A DNA stretch of 32,000 bases, taken from NCBI RefSeq assembly GCF_010672455.1, contig NZ_JAAHGO010000007.1, positions 306,659 through 338,658 on the forward strand. Direction: 5' to 3'. Origin of the DNA: Okeania sp. SIO2C9 (GTDB lineage Bacteria > Cyanobacteriota > Cyanobacteriia > Cyanobacteriales > Microcoleaceae). Made by a program: the position numbers and the translations under genes. Below are positions 1 through 9,620 of this stretch, one piece after another. Position 1 is the first letter of the stretch, and the number at the start of each line of letters is the position of its first letter. A model generated the notes under the pieces. The model was not told the DNA's origin. It saw nothing but the letters and a program-made list of their open reading frames with translations, and did not search any database.

Positions 1-2
1 CT

Positions 3-800
3 CTTGGTGCTAGTGTGGCAGAACTTAATTTTAAGAGTATTATAGACCAATTATCAGCTTTAATGTATGAGTATCCATTTACTGTGCCTGCTTATTATGC
101 TTTGATTATTCGTTCTTTGGTAACTTTGGAAGGTATTGCGATTAATGTCGAGCCTAATTTTAAGGTGTTGAGTAAAGCTTATCCTTATGTGGCGAAACGT
201 TTACTAACTGACCCTGCTCCTGAGTTAAGAACTTCTCTGAAAGATTTACTTTTTAAGGATGGTGATTTTCGTTGGAATAGATTGGAAAATCTATTAAGAA
301 ATGCGAGTAATAGTGATGATTATGATATTAGCAAGGTATTAGACCAAGCTCTAGATTTCTTATTGTCTGAACGTGGTGATTTTATTCGGGTGCGTTTAGT
401 TGAAGAGTTGATTAATAGTCTTGACCTAGCATCCAGAAATACTTTTTCTAATATGAGAAATAGAGTGGGTGAATTGTTGGGTATGAAGGAAGAAAAACCG
501 ACCAGAATTACATCTACAAATTCTCCAGAAGAAAAAAGAGCAGAGCATATTCAACGTATTTGGCAAATTATTCAAGATACTCCTGGTTTTGATGCTATGC
601 AGTTAGCGCAGTTAGTACCAAATTTGTTGGTTAAACCAGAAATGCAAAAGATGGGGCAACAAGTGGCAAGTGGTTTGACTCAACGGGCGATCGCTCGTTT
701 GATTCGTCAAGTATTATTATCTCCAGAGCATTCTAATGGTAATGGTAATGGTCATCAACCAGATACTAAACCTCAACTTTCTTTGCCTATTCCAAGGTAA
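3..800 (+). CDS. ABC1/AarF/UbiB-family protein kinase-like, C-terminal part (gene begins upstream of the window)
   Basis: Frame is open to the window edge; contains YYALIIRSLVTLEGIAINVEPNFKVLSKAYPYVAKRLL...LFKDGDFRWNRLENLL, typical of the C-terminal region of cyanobacterial ABC1 kinases. Confidence 0.8.
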   Translation, partial: LGASVAELNFKSIIDQLSALMYEYPFTVPAYYALIIRSLVTLEGIAINVEPNFKVLSKAYPYVAKRLLTDPAPELRTSLKDLLFKDGDFRWNRLENLLRNASNSDDYDISKVLDQALDFLLSERGDFIRVRLVEELINSLDLASRNTFSNMRNRVGELLGMKEEKPTRITSTNSPEEKRAEHIQRIWQIIQDTPGFDAMQLAQLVPNLLVKPEMQKMGQQVASGLTQRAIARLIRQVLLSPEHSNGNGNGHQPDTKPQLSLPIPR

Positions 801-807
801 GTTGATT

Positions 808-1041
808 AATTAGGGTTTGCTGAAAAAGTCTTTTAGTAGGAGTAGGAGACAGGAGACAGGAGACAGGAGAAATAGGAATTTAGAAGAGGTAGGAGTAAGA
901 ATTGTCCCTTGATTTTTCTGCCCAACTATGAGCCTAAAATATGAGCGTGAAGAGCTGAAAACCAGGTACTTTTTTCGACCCCAAAAAGGCACTTGTCTTT
1001 ATATGTCAATGCTTTTAGATTTAATCAGCAATCCCTAGTTA
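808..1041 (-). repeat. MITE-like element family A, copy 1 (reverse orientation)
   Basis: Ends TTAGGGTTTGC ... GCAATCCCTAG; shares the internal 'gaattgtcccttgatttttctgcc' block (reverse complement) with the other copies. Confidence 0.7.
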
Positions 1042-1385
1042 TTTAATAGTTAATTATTATTAGTTGTTAGTAGGAAAAGTTTCTACTGGCAACTAATTTT
1101 TTTATCAAAAAATGGAGGCTTAATTGAGCAATAATACCAAATTGATAAATGTTTGCTACAAATAATTTTCTAGGTGTTATACCAAATTCAAAAAAGGTCG
1201 CTACAGTATTAATCTCAAAACTCCTACCAACAAAATAAAGCACTGTAACAGTATTTTTTGAAAATGGTATTAGGTGGTAGATGTTAGGTACTAGATGCTA
1301 GGTTTTAGGTTTTAGGTGGATTATTATAGCCAGTTTATTTGTAAAATTATTTTTTCAATTTGGTATAATACCAAATTTAATTTAA

Positions 1386-1628
1386 TTAGGGCTTGCTGAT
1401 TAACTGTCAAAGCCTTTATCTGTCAACACTTGATAATTTTTAGAGTTAAAAAATGTGCAAGTTTTTTGGTCTAAAAAGCTAAAAAAATTAGAGTTTTGAG
1501 TAGATAAGGATAGAAAAATAAAGGGATATTTCTTCCTCCTAAATCCTCTAAATTATGAATTATGAATTATAAATTATAAATCCTGAATTATATCCTCAAC
1601 TATAAGACTTTTGAGCGCAAACCCTAAT
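1386..1628 (+). repeat. MITE-like element family A, copy 2
   Basis: Starts TTAGGGCTTGCTGATTAA, ends AAGACTTTTGAGCGCAAACCCTAA; terminal inverted repeat of about 10 bp. Confidence 0.65.
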
Positions 1629-1869
1629 TAGGGCTTGCCGATTAAATCTAAAAGTATTTATAGACAAAGGTTTTAGCCTTTTTAAGTATCAAAAAATGCG
1701 AGGTTTTAGGTGGTAATGGTTCAAAAATGAGTGGATTTTGGTCAAGAGTTGAGCAGAAAAATCAAGGGACGATTCTTCCTACTATTTCCTCTATAGTTTC
1801 CATTTCTCCTGTCTCCTGTCTCCTGTCTCCTACCCGAGCAAAAAGACTTTCCATACGCAAACCCTAATT
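1627..1869 (+). repeat. MITE-like element family A, copy 3, abutting copy 2 head to tail
   Basis: TTAGGGCTTGCCGATTAAATC ... AAAAGACTTTCCATACGCAAACCCTAATTA; internal 'gcagaaaaatcaagggacgattcttcc'. Confidence 0.7.
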
Positions 1870-2534
1870 AGTATCTTTCTAAAGAGGGGAAAGCAAAAGG
1901 CAGAATGATTAAAAAAGAGTTGGAAAAAGTATCTTTTAATAACTGGAATTAGTATAAAATTTAAACTCCACTATACAGTAGATAAATTATATTATCGGGA
2001 ATTCAACAAAGCAAAAATGAACATTTATCAAAAATCATTCAAGCTAATTTTAGCGGGAAATACAAACATTCCTGCAATGATTAACGCTATTATTGGAGCT
2101 ACCCTTCAAGCACGAAGTGATACTAAAAATAGTGATTTAACTTTTCGTCAAGTACACATTTTTCATTCTGAACAATCATTACAAGCTTTGACAACTTCAG
2201 TAACTTGGCAAGAAGCTCTAAGCAACTATAAAATTTCTTCAACAAGTTTAGTTCATCATGTCACAAAAATAGAAGATTCTAATATTGATAGATTTAGGGA
2301 TCTTGTAGAGCAACTACGAAAAAATTTAACCCTTTTGATAACCCACAAAACTATATTGACTTGACAGGTGGTATTTCATCTCTTAAGTCTATACTTGCTG
2401 TTTTTGCTTATGTACTTGATATAGAAAATATTTATTCGTTGGAAATAGATTTCTCTAAATATACAGTTATTAGAAATATTAGAAAAAAGCCAGCTAGTCT
2501 TTTTTCTCATGATTTAGAAAAAGCAGGTGTAAGT

Positions 2535-2769
2535 ATGGTTTACTGATTAAATATAAAAGCACTGACATATAAAGGTTTTAGCATTTTTTAGTTAAAAAAA
2601 GTCTAAGCTTTTAGGTCGCTTAGGTTCAAAAAATTAACATTTTAGGCAACAGTTGTGCAGAAAAATCAAGGGACTATTCTTCCTCCTAGCTCCTATATAA
2701 TTCCCCTAACTCCTAACTCCTAACTCCTGACTCCTACCCTCACCCATAAGACTTTTTGAGCAAACCCTA
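2535..2769 (+). repeat. MITE-like element family A, copy 4, inserted in the CARF-mCpol gene
   Basis: 'tatggtttactgattaa' aligns to consensus 'ttagggcttgctgattaa'; ends 'gactttttgagcaaaccctaa'; internal 'gcagaaaaatcaagggactattcttcc'. It supplies the TGA that ends the upstream ORF. Confidence 0.75.
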
Positions 2770-3770
2770 AATATAAAATATCGCAAATTTCCGCCGATAA
2801 GGGAGTTTGATAATTTCGGAAAATTAAATTACACAGAAGTTTTACGCCATCGCTCAAATATTAACTATCTTGTAAATTGCCTAACAAATTTATTACCTTC
2901 TGGATTTGATATTGAACATTTACGAGAATCACTTTTATCTGGAGTAAATTCTTGTCTAATTGGCGAAGTAACTGAAGAAACCTATAGTGATCGTCATTCT
3001 ATTTTTTCTTCCTCTGCTGGAGTTGAAGAAGTCGCAAATATCATTTTAACGATTATAAAAAGTGCTGATTTGGAAAACAAAACACTAGGAAAAAAGTTAG
3101 ATGAAGTGCGGGATGTTTTTTCTCAAAATCCAAAATACTTCGTTAAGACTGAAACATTAGAATATATCACTAGACTAATCACCTCCGTACGAAATGATAT
3201 TGCTCATCCTTCTTCAGAAAATAGTTATTCAAAGGATATAATAGCTATTCAATCTCGCTTGTCTTCTCAATTAGCATTTGCATTTATACAATTTACGACT
3301 AAAACACTAAGTTCTTTTCTAGATAAAAATGGTCAACTTGTAAATGTTCAAATTCTAGAAACCCCAGCAGATAAAAATCAGACAATTTTTTATTTCGGGT
3401 TCGATGGTGATTCTACTGACTACTATTTAGAAATGGCGTTTGAAAAATCAAATGAAGACGAAGTAAGACAACGAAGTCAGATATTACATGAAGTTATTGG
3501 GGAGTTGAAAAAGTTAATCTACAAAGCAACAAAAGATAACAAAAGTGTACTTTTTGCAGAAGGAGACAATATTCTATTTAAAGCATCTTATCAGGCAATA
3601 TCATTTCTCTGTAACAATGCGCTTAATAATTGTTGCTCAGACCTTATTAAACGGACTATTCTAATCTTTGATATTAAGTGCAACTTCATGGATAAATGGT
3701 ATAAGTTTACTAAACAATTTACAGAGAATTTACAAAGAGAGAACTGGATTAACTGGCACTATAGGATATG

Positions 3771-3920
3771 TTCATTAATGGATAATTGATAATGGATAAT
3801 TGATAATTACCTCTGGTTAAAACCGCTCTTGATTGAATATAAGGAATATTGTCTTTTTTTTCCTCTTAAAAGGGGAGGCTTTAAACCAGAATTATTTAAT
3901 TATTAATTATTAATTATTCG
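3771..3920 (+). repeat. Short repeat element family B, inserted in the mCpol C-terminal coding region
   Basis: 'gataattgataattacctc...cctcttaaaaggggaggctttaaa...attattcGGTAAAA'; removing 150 bp rejoins GGA TAT G|GT AAA ACA = GYGKT in frame. Confidence 0.7.
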
Positions 3921-4155
3921 GTAAAACATTACCTGAAGTTGCTTTAGCAATGCGTCTATCTAAAGCTAAAGGTGGAGGTAAAATTATGGGTATAGCTTTA
4001 AAAAATTAGAAATAGAGAATTAGCAAAAATTAATTACAGTCTAAAGTTTTCTAATTAATCTAATGTCAAGTAGCGAGTGTATTGTAATTCAAAATTTTGA
4101 CATTTTTATCTAACTATTTCCTATATAACAATCCTAAATAGGTTGTGAAAAATTG

Positions 4156-4405
4156 AATTAGGGCTTCTTGATTAAATATCAAAGCATTTATAGACAAAGA
4201 TTTGAGAATTTTTAGGTCGAAAAAAGTGCGCTTGTTTCAGTCTAAAATGCTCAAAAAATTAGGATTTTGGGAGGATTATGGCAGAAAAGTCAAGGTACGA
4301 TTCTTCTGACTACTTCTTCTATAATTCCCATTCCTCCTGACTTCACCGATTCTGGATTCTGGCTCCTACCCTTACCAAAAAACTTTATTCAGCAAACCCT
4401 AATTA
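4156..4405 (+). repeat. MITE-like element family A, copy 5
   Basis: AATTAGGGCTTCTTGATTAAATATCAAAGCATTTAT ... TTTATTCAGCAAACCCTAATTA; internal 'gcagaaaagtcaaggtacgattcttct'. Confidence 0.7.
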
Positions 4406-4690
4406 TAATTAATAGCCATTAGACATCTCTAAAAAAATATAAATATATAGAATTTTTGTAAGAGTAGAGAAAAAGGAACAGGGAATAGGGAATAAATTTT
4501 CAATCCAAAGATAGGAAAAATGATTTTGTAAGTGAATTTTACAACTTTACCTTATGTTAAATAAAGAGCAAGTTTATTTTCTGTAGATATCTATTAAAAA
4601 TCCTTTATATTCTGACTCGCTGACTCCAGCAATTCTTACTCCTAACCAACACTAAAATATTACAAATGAAATTAGGATGACTATATAACT

Positions 4691-6127
4691 ATGGAAAAAC
4701 AACCAACCTCTAAAAAACGCGCCGATGCTTTAGATGCTTTGCGTGGATTTGCTATTTTAATGATGGTATTATCTGGCATAATTCCTCGTGATGGAACATT
4801 ACCTGCTTGGATGTATCATGCTCAAACACCGCCACCAAATTATGTATTTAATCCTAATATTCCTGGACTGACTTGGGTAGATATTGTTTTTCCAATTTTC
4901 TTATTTGCAATGGGAGCATCTATACCCCTAGCTTTATCTCGATTAATAAATAAAGGATGGCGATACATTTCAATATTTTTATTCATCCTGAAAAGAGGTT
5001 TTTTACTAGGCACATTTGCTATAGTGCTTCAACATTTTCGACCGCACATTATTAATAATGCAGAGGAAATTCCCGAAAAGTGGAAACTTGCTTTATTGGG
5101 ATTTTTAATCCTCTTTTTAATGTTCAGTCGTTTACCTAAAATTTTCCCCAAGTTTCTAAATCAATTTATTAGTATAGCTGGGTGGAGTATATGTATTTTA
5201 GTTCTGAGTAGATTAACATATCCAGATGGTAGTAACTTTTCATTAGAACGTAGTGATATTATTCTCATCGTTTTAACTAATATGGCAGTTTTTGGTTCGA
5301 TAATTTGGTTATTTACTAAATCTAATTGGTGGTTACGTTTAGGATTATTGGGAATATTATTAGGACTAAGATTTTCTGCTGCTGATGATGGATGGGTAAA
5401 ATATTTTTGGTTTAACTCTCCTTTACCTTGGATTTTTAGATTTGATTATTTAAAGTACTTATTTATTGTTATTCCAGGTACTATTGGCGGAGATTTAATT
5501 TTAAAATGGATGAGAAATAATGAAAGTAGCGATCGCAATTCAAACTTAGAAAAATGGCCAGCTAGTCGTTTTTTTATTATTGCAGTATTAATGCTAACTA
5601 TTGACTTGGTGTTATTGATTGGGTTACAATCTAGGCTTGTTTTAGAAACGAGTTTAATAAGTGGAGTTTTATGTGCTTCTGGTTGGTTATTATTCCAGCA
5701 ACCAAGTAATCAGATAGAAAGTTTACTCAATAAACTTTATAGTTGGGGGATTTATTGGCTAGCATTAGGATTAGCTTTTGAGCCTTTTCAAGGTGGAGTT
5801 AAAAAAGACAGTGCTACCCTAAGTTACTTTTTCATTACCACAGGAATGTCTATTTTTTTGTTAATTCTATTCACTGTTGTTAGAGATTATTTTCAGCAGA
5901 AAAATATTCTCAAATTATTTATCTATAATGGTCAAAATCCAATGATAGCTTATGTGGTTTTTGGTAACTTACTCTTACCTATCTTAAAATTAACTGGATG
6001 GTATGAAGAAATTACACAAATGACTCAAACCACAAATTTAGGATTATTTACGGGATTTATTTATACATTCATAGTGGCATTAATCGTAAGTATTTTTAGC
6101 AAATCCAAGCTTTTTTGGAGGACTTAA
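4691..6127 (+). CDS. Multi-pass membrane protein of the DUF5009 / heparan-alpha-glucosaminide N-acetyltransferase (NagX-like) family
   Basis: KKRADALDALRGFAILMMVLSGIIP...PGLTWVDIVFPIFLFAMGASIPLALSR; many predicted TM segments. Confidence 0.8.
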   Translation: MEKQPTSKKRADALDALRGFAILMMVLSGIIPRDGTLPAWMYHAQTPPPNYVFNPNIPGLTWVDIVFPIFLFAMGASIPLALSRLINKGWRYISIFLFILKRGFLLGTFAIVLQHFRPHIINNAEEIPEKWKLALLGFLILFLMFSRLPKIFPKFLNQFISIAGWSICILVLSRLTYPDGSNFSLERSDIILIVLTNMAVFGSIIWLFTKSNWWLRLGLLGILLGLRFSAADDGWVKYFWFNSPLPWIFRFDYLKYLFIVIPGTIGGDLILKWMRNNESSDRNSNLEKWPASRFFIIAVLMLTIDLVLLIGLQSRLVLETSLISGVLCASGWLLFQQPSNQIESLLNKLYSWGIYWLALGLAFEPFQGGVKKDSATLSYFFITTGMSIFLLILFTVVRDYFQQKNILKLFIYNGQNPMIAYVVFGNLLLPILKLTGWYEEITQMTQTTNLGLFTGFIYTFIVALIVSIFSKSKLFWRT

Positions 6128-6284
6128 AAACAGCATTGAAGAAGGCAGAAGGCAGAAGGCAAAATTGCTTAAGACAGAGAATTTTTTTTCCTACTGTGCC
6201 CTGCTGTAGTGAAAGCCTTAAAGCTAATATTAAAATATAGATAATGATGAAACTAATTCATTTATCTCCGTCGAGCTACGTTCA

Positions 6285-6412
6285 ATAATGAATAATTAAT
6301 AATGAATAATTAATAATTACCTCTCCTTGAAAAGAAGAGGATTGACTCAAAAGAAAATTTTTATTTATTATCCCCTTAAAAGGGGAGGCGCATACCCACA
6401 ATTTTTCGGTAA
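6285..6412 (+). repeat. Repeat element family B
   Basis: 'aataattacctctccttgaaaagaagaggattgactcaaaagaaaatttttatttattatccccttaaaaggggaggcgcatacccacaatttttcggtaaa'. Confidence 0.65.
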
Positions 6413-6628
6413 ATTCAAAATTGAATCTTAATTCTATGCAGCTTCATTTTAATTGGATATTAGAATATTACTACTTGTACAGTACTATAGGATTTATCAA
6501 GTTACTGAGGTACAGTTATTTTTCTTTTTTTTTATCCCCTATTCCCTACTCCCTAAAGCAAAGGAATTTTGTACTTCACTCTTCTTGGGAATTGCTATAC
6601 CAATATTTATTAATAAAAGAAGGAGGAT

Positions 6629-6991
6629 TTGATGAGTAGTATAATTCCTGTTATTTTTGTATGGTTTATAGCACTATTTGGAGCTTGTTTAGGTATTGTT
6701 ATTGGAGGTACTATTGGGGGAATTGTTGGTGCAATTACCAACTTAATCACTAAATTTAGATGCACGATGAGAATATTCAATGCAGCAACTTTTACTTCAC
6801 TTTTGAGTACCTTCATTTTTCTCGTTGTAGCTCATCAAAAAATTCAACCTTTAAATTGTGCGGATGGTTTAGATGGACTGTATGCTTGTTTCAGTCCACT
6901 ACTTATCCCATTTTGGGGAGCAATTATTGGAGGAATATTTGGCTCATTTGTAGGAGTTATCATGGAAATATATACTAAATCTAATAGTTAA
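6629..6991 (+). CDS. Small hydrophobic membrane protein with glycine-zipper-like repeats
   Basis: 120 aa with GACLGIVIGGTIGGIVGAI and PFWGAIIGGIFGSFVGVIM segments; no family recognised. Confidence 0.4.
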   Translation: MMSSIIPVIFVWFIALFGACLGIVIGGTIGGIVGAITNLITKFRCTMRIFNAATFTSLLSTFIFLVVAHQKIQPLNCADGLDGLYACFSPLLIPFWGAIIGGIFGSFVGVIMEIYTKSNS

Positions 6992-7105
6992 ATTCAAGAG
7001 TGTATTGAAATATCTCGTATTGATTTTGGATAAATTAGTTTTAATATCAAGTCTGATTAGTTAGCAATAATAAAAATATTTTCTCTGATAAATTTCTGCC
7101 TGTTG

Positions 7106-7172
7106 CCTATTCCCTATTCCCTATTCCCTATTCCCTATTCCCTATTCCCTATTCCCTATTCCCTATTCCCTA
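7106..7172. repeat. Heptanucleotide tandem repeat (CCTATTC)n
   Basis: Nine or more near-perfect consecutive 7-bp units read directly. Confidence 0.95.
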
Positions 7173-7175
7173 ATC

Positions 7176-8684
7176 TTAACAAACATAATTAATTCTATGA
7201 GCAATAACACAATCTCGTCCCTGTTCTTTTGCTTGATAAAGTGCCTGATCGGCATCTATTAATAATGTACGAGCAGATAATTGTAACGTAGGAATTACGC
7301 TACTTACTCCTAAACTTACAGTTACATAAGGACTTACTTTTGAACAAGCATGAGGTATTTCAAGCCTTTTGATTTCTCTCCTAATTAATTCTGCTCTTCG
7401 TAAAGCTTCCTCAATATTTGTATTTGGTAATATAACTCCAAATTCTTCGCCACCATAACGACAGACTAAATCTGTAGAAAATTTAGCTACCTTGCTAATA
7501 GCTTGAGCAACTTTTTTGAGGCATTGGTCTCCCTCTGGATGCCCATAACAATCATTATAATATTTGAAATAATCCACATCACAAAGGATGAGAGATAAAT
7601 ATTTTTTTTCTTGTCTAAGTTGCTCCCATTTTTGATGAAAATATTCATCAAATGTACGACGATTAGCTAGAGAAGTTAAACTATCAAAACTGGCAATTCG
7701 TTTTAAATCTTGGTTTGCTTTTTTAAGAGCTATCTCAGATTTTTTCCGTTGAATTAATCCACCTAACTGAGTTGCCACAGCATTAACTAACTGTATAGAA
7801 TTTTGATCTAATGTTTGAGAAAATTTCTGGAAAAATACTAAGATAGCTAAAACCTGTTGCTCTAGAATAATCGGTATTCCTAAAGCAGATTTAATACCTA
7901 TTTTTTCAGCAATTTGAAAACCAATCAAAACCGATTCTTTTTCCAGATAAATATCTTTGACCCATTCTGTTTGCTGAGAATTCCACACCCTTTGTAGTAA
8001 GCTTTGTTGAGAGTTAAAGGTAATAATCTGATGCTGTTGTCGAAATTTTAGAGCTGCGGGTAAAGTACCATTATTACTATTACTAGAATACCATCCTCTA
8101 CTAAATTTGAGCATTGTAGCTTCTGGGTCAGGAATCCATGCTTCTCCAAAATCCCAATTCATTGTTTGACAAACTTCTGCTAAAGTTAATTCTAATGCTG
8201 ATTCAATATCAGATGCTTCACTAATAGCATGAGTCACTTTTAATAATAGTTGTAATAAAGCATTTTGTTGTTGTAATTGCTGCTGTAGCGATCGAAGACG
8301 TAATTGGTTTTCAATTCTGGCTAAAATTTCAATTAATTCAAATGGTTTTGTAATATAATCTACTCCACCCACAGTAAAAGCTTTAACTTTATCCATCGCT
8401 CTATCCAAAGCAGAGATAAAAACTATAGGGATATTAGCAGTTTGTTTATCTATCTTGAGACATTCACAAATTTGATAGCCATCCATTTCTGGCATTTTAA
8501 CTTCTAATAAAATCAGGTCTGGCAGATCAAAATAAATATTTTCTAGAGCTTCTTTTCCACTGGTGGCAATTTGCACTTTATACCCTTGTACAGATAACAA
8601 CTCAGTCAACAGCTTTAAACTTTTAGGATTATCGTTAATAATTAAGATACTTTCTCTAAGTATAGAATTTTGTTGTTGATACAT
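7176..8684 (-). CDS. Response regulator receiver - GAF - GGDEF protein (putative diguanylate cyclase)
   Basis: REC (ILIINDNPKS..DLILLEVKMPEMDG..VFISALD), GAF region, GGDEF variant CRYGGEEFGVILPNT, SLTSLANRRTFDEYF. Confidence 0.92.
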   Translation of the reverse strand: MYQQQNSILRESILIINDNPKSLKLLTELLSVQGYKVQIATSGKEALENIYFDLPDLILLEVKMPEMDGYQICECLKIDKQTANIPIVFISALDRAMDKVKAFTVGGVDYITKPFELIEILARIENQLRLRSLQQQLQQQNALLQLLLKVTHAISEASDIESALELTLAEVCQTMNWDFGEAWIPDPEATMLKFSRGWYSSNSNNGTLPAALKFRQQHQIITFNSQQSLLQRVWNSQQTEWVKDIYLEKESVLIGFQIAEKIGIKSALGIPIILEQQVLAILVFFQKFSQTLDQNSIQLVNAVATQLGGLIQRKKSEIALKKANQDLKRIASFDSLTSLANRRTFDEYFHQKWEQLRQEKKYLSLILCDVDYFKYYNDCYGHPEGDQCLKKVAQAISKVAKFSTDLVCRYGGEEFGVILPNTNIEEALRRAELIRREIKRLEIPHACSKVSPYVTVSLGVSSVIPTLQLSARTLLIDADQALYQAKEQGRDCVIAHRINYVC

Positions 8685-9620
8685 GATTGAGTTGCGGTAG
8701 AGTAAATATGGTTACCAATGGATAATTGACAATTGATAATTAATTAATTAATCTTTAAGGTCTCTTCTTTTGAAGAATAAAAAATTTAACAATTTCTTCG
8801 GTTGTATCAATCCTCTTCCTAAAATGAGGGAGATAATTATTAATTATTGAATATTTGGTGTAGCTATTGGCCAAATTTAAGAAAATTAAATTTGTGTCAT
8901 ATTTAGGAGGGTATAGAGTTGTCATATTAACTCTGTCAAATAATAATTAATAGCTGTTTAATTGAATTTCATCTACTCTCTTAAGGAAGCTACAAGCATT
9001 TTTTGTAACATGTACCCTGAAGTGTTTTAAACATAGCAGTTTTCAGTTTAGTGAGGTACTACCAGTTTTTCTTCTTTTCTGTTCCTATATCTGGTGGTCT
9101 CTAAAACCTGAATTTTTGCACCCCATCAGTATAAAAATTGCTATCTTCATGTATAACATAACTTTAATATAAAAATATTTAACTTTAATTAATATAGCAT
9201 TTTCATTTGAGTGGTGAAAATACTTTTGAGGAAAAAGCAACAAGGAATCAAGCAGATCGAGATTTTTGATTGTGGAATTAAAGATACAGCCATTTTTGCC
9301 AATTTTATATGAATGATTTGTATTAGATTCAGAAAATTCTAAAATCAGCTTTCATATAGTTGATTGATTACTAATTTTTGGTTAGAGGACATCAGTATAA
9401 GAGGATGAAAATAGGGCTTAATTTTTTACTTTATTAACTTTTTTAACTGTCAGCTTAACAAGTATAGCATTTTTAATACTGATGAGGTAGCCTTGCCTTA
9501 GCAATATCCTGAATGCTAATTAGTTATGTAGCAGTAAATAATTTCCGACTGCTATATGAATTTATATTGATTTAGTTAATCATTTTTTCAATCTAATAAT
9601 TGACTTTTATTTATTATTTA

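Larger units (their letters stand above)
2017..4009 (+). pseudogene. Disrupted CARF - HEPN-like - mCpol (minimal CRISPR polymerase) gene
   Basis: Frame 1 2017-2325, then frame 3 to about 2534 (CARF-like N-terminus with NYIDLTGGISSLKS), repeat insertion, frame 1 2770 to about 3740 (RNDIAH; FYFGFDGDSTDYYLE; SVLFAEGDNILF), then frame 2 TGTIGYG|KTLPEVALAMRLSKAKGGGKIMGIALKN* after a second repeat insertion. Confidence 0.75.

Noticed and set aside
2770-4009. 2TM-beta or other known mCpol partner gene nearby
   Set aside because: The next genes (NagX-like protein at 4691 and the glycine-zipper protein at 6629) do not match a known partner; the 120-aa membrane protein is too far and too generic to claim linkage.
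6421-6639. 72-aa ORF before the small membrane protein
   Set aside because: Overlaps repeat-rich sequence, ends in heptamer-like 'ccctattccctactccc' DNA, and has no domain.
7106-7172. Possible CRISPR array or telomere-like repeat
   Set aside because: Units are 7 bp with no spacers; this is a simple tandem repeat.
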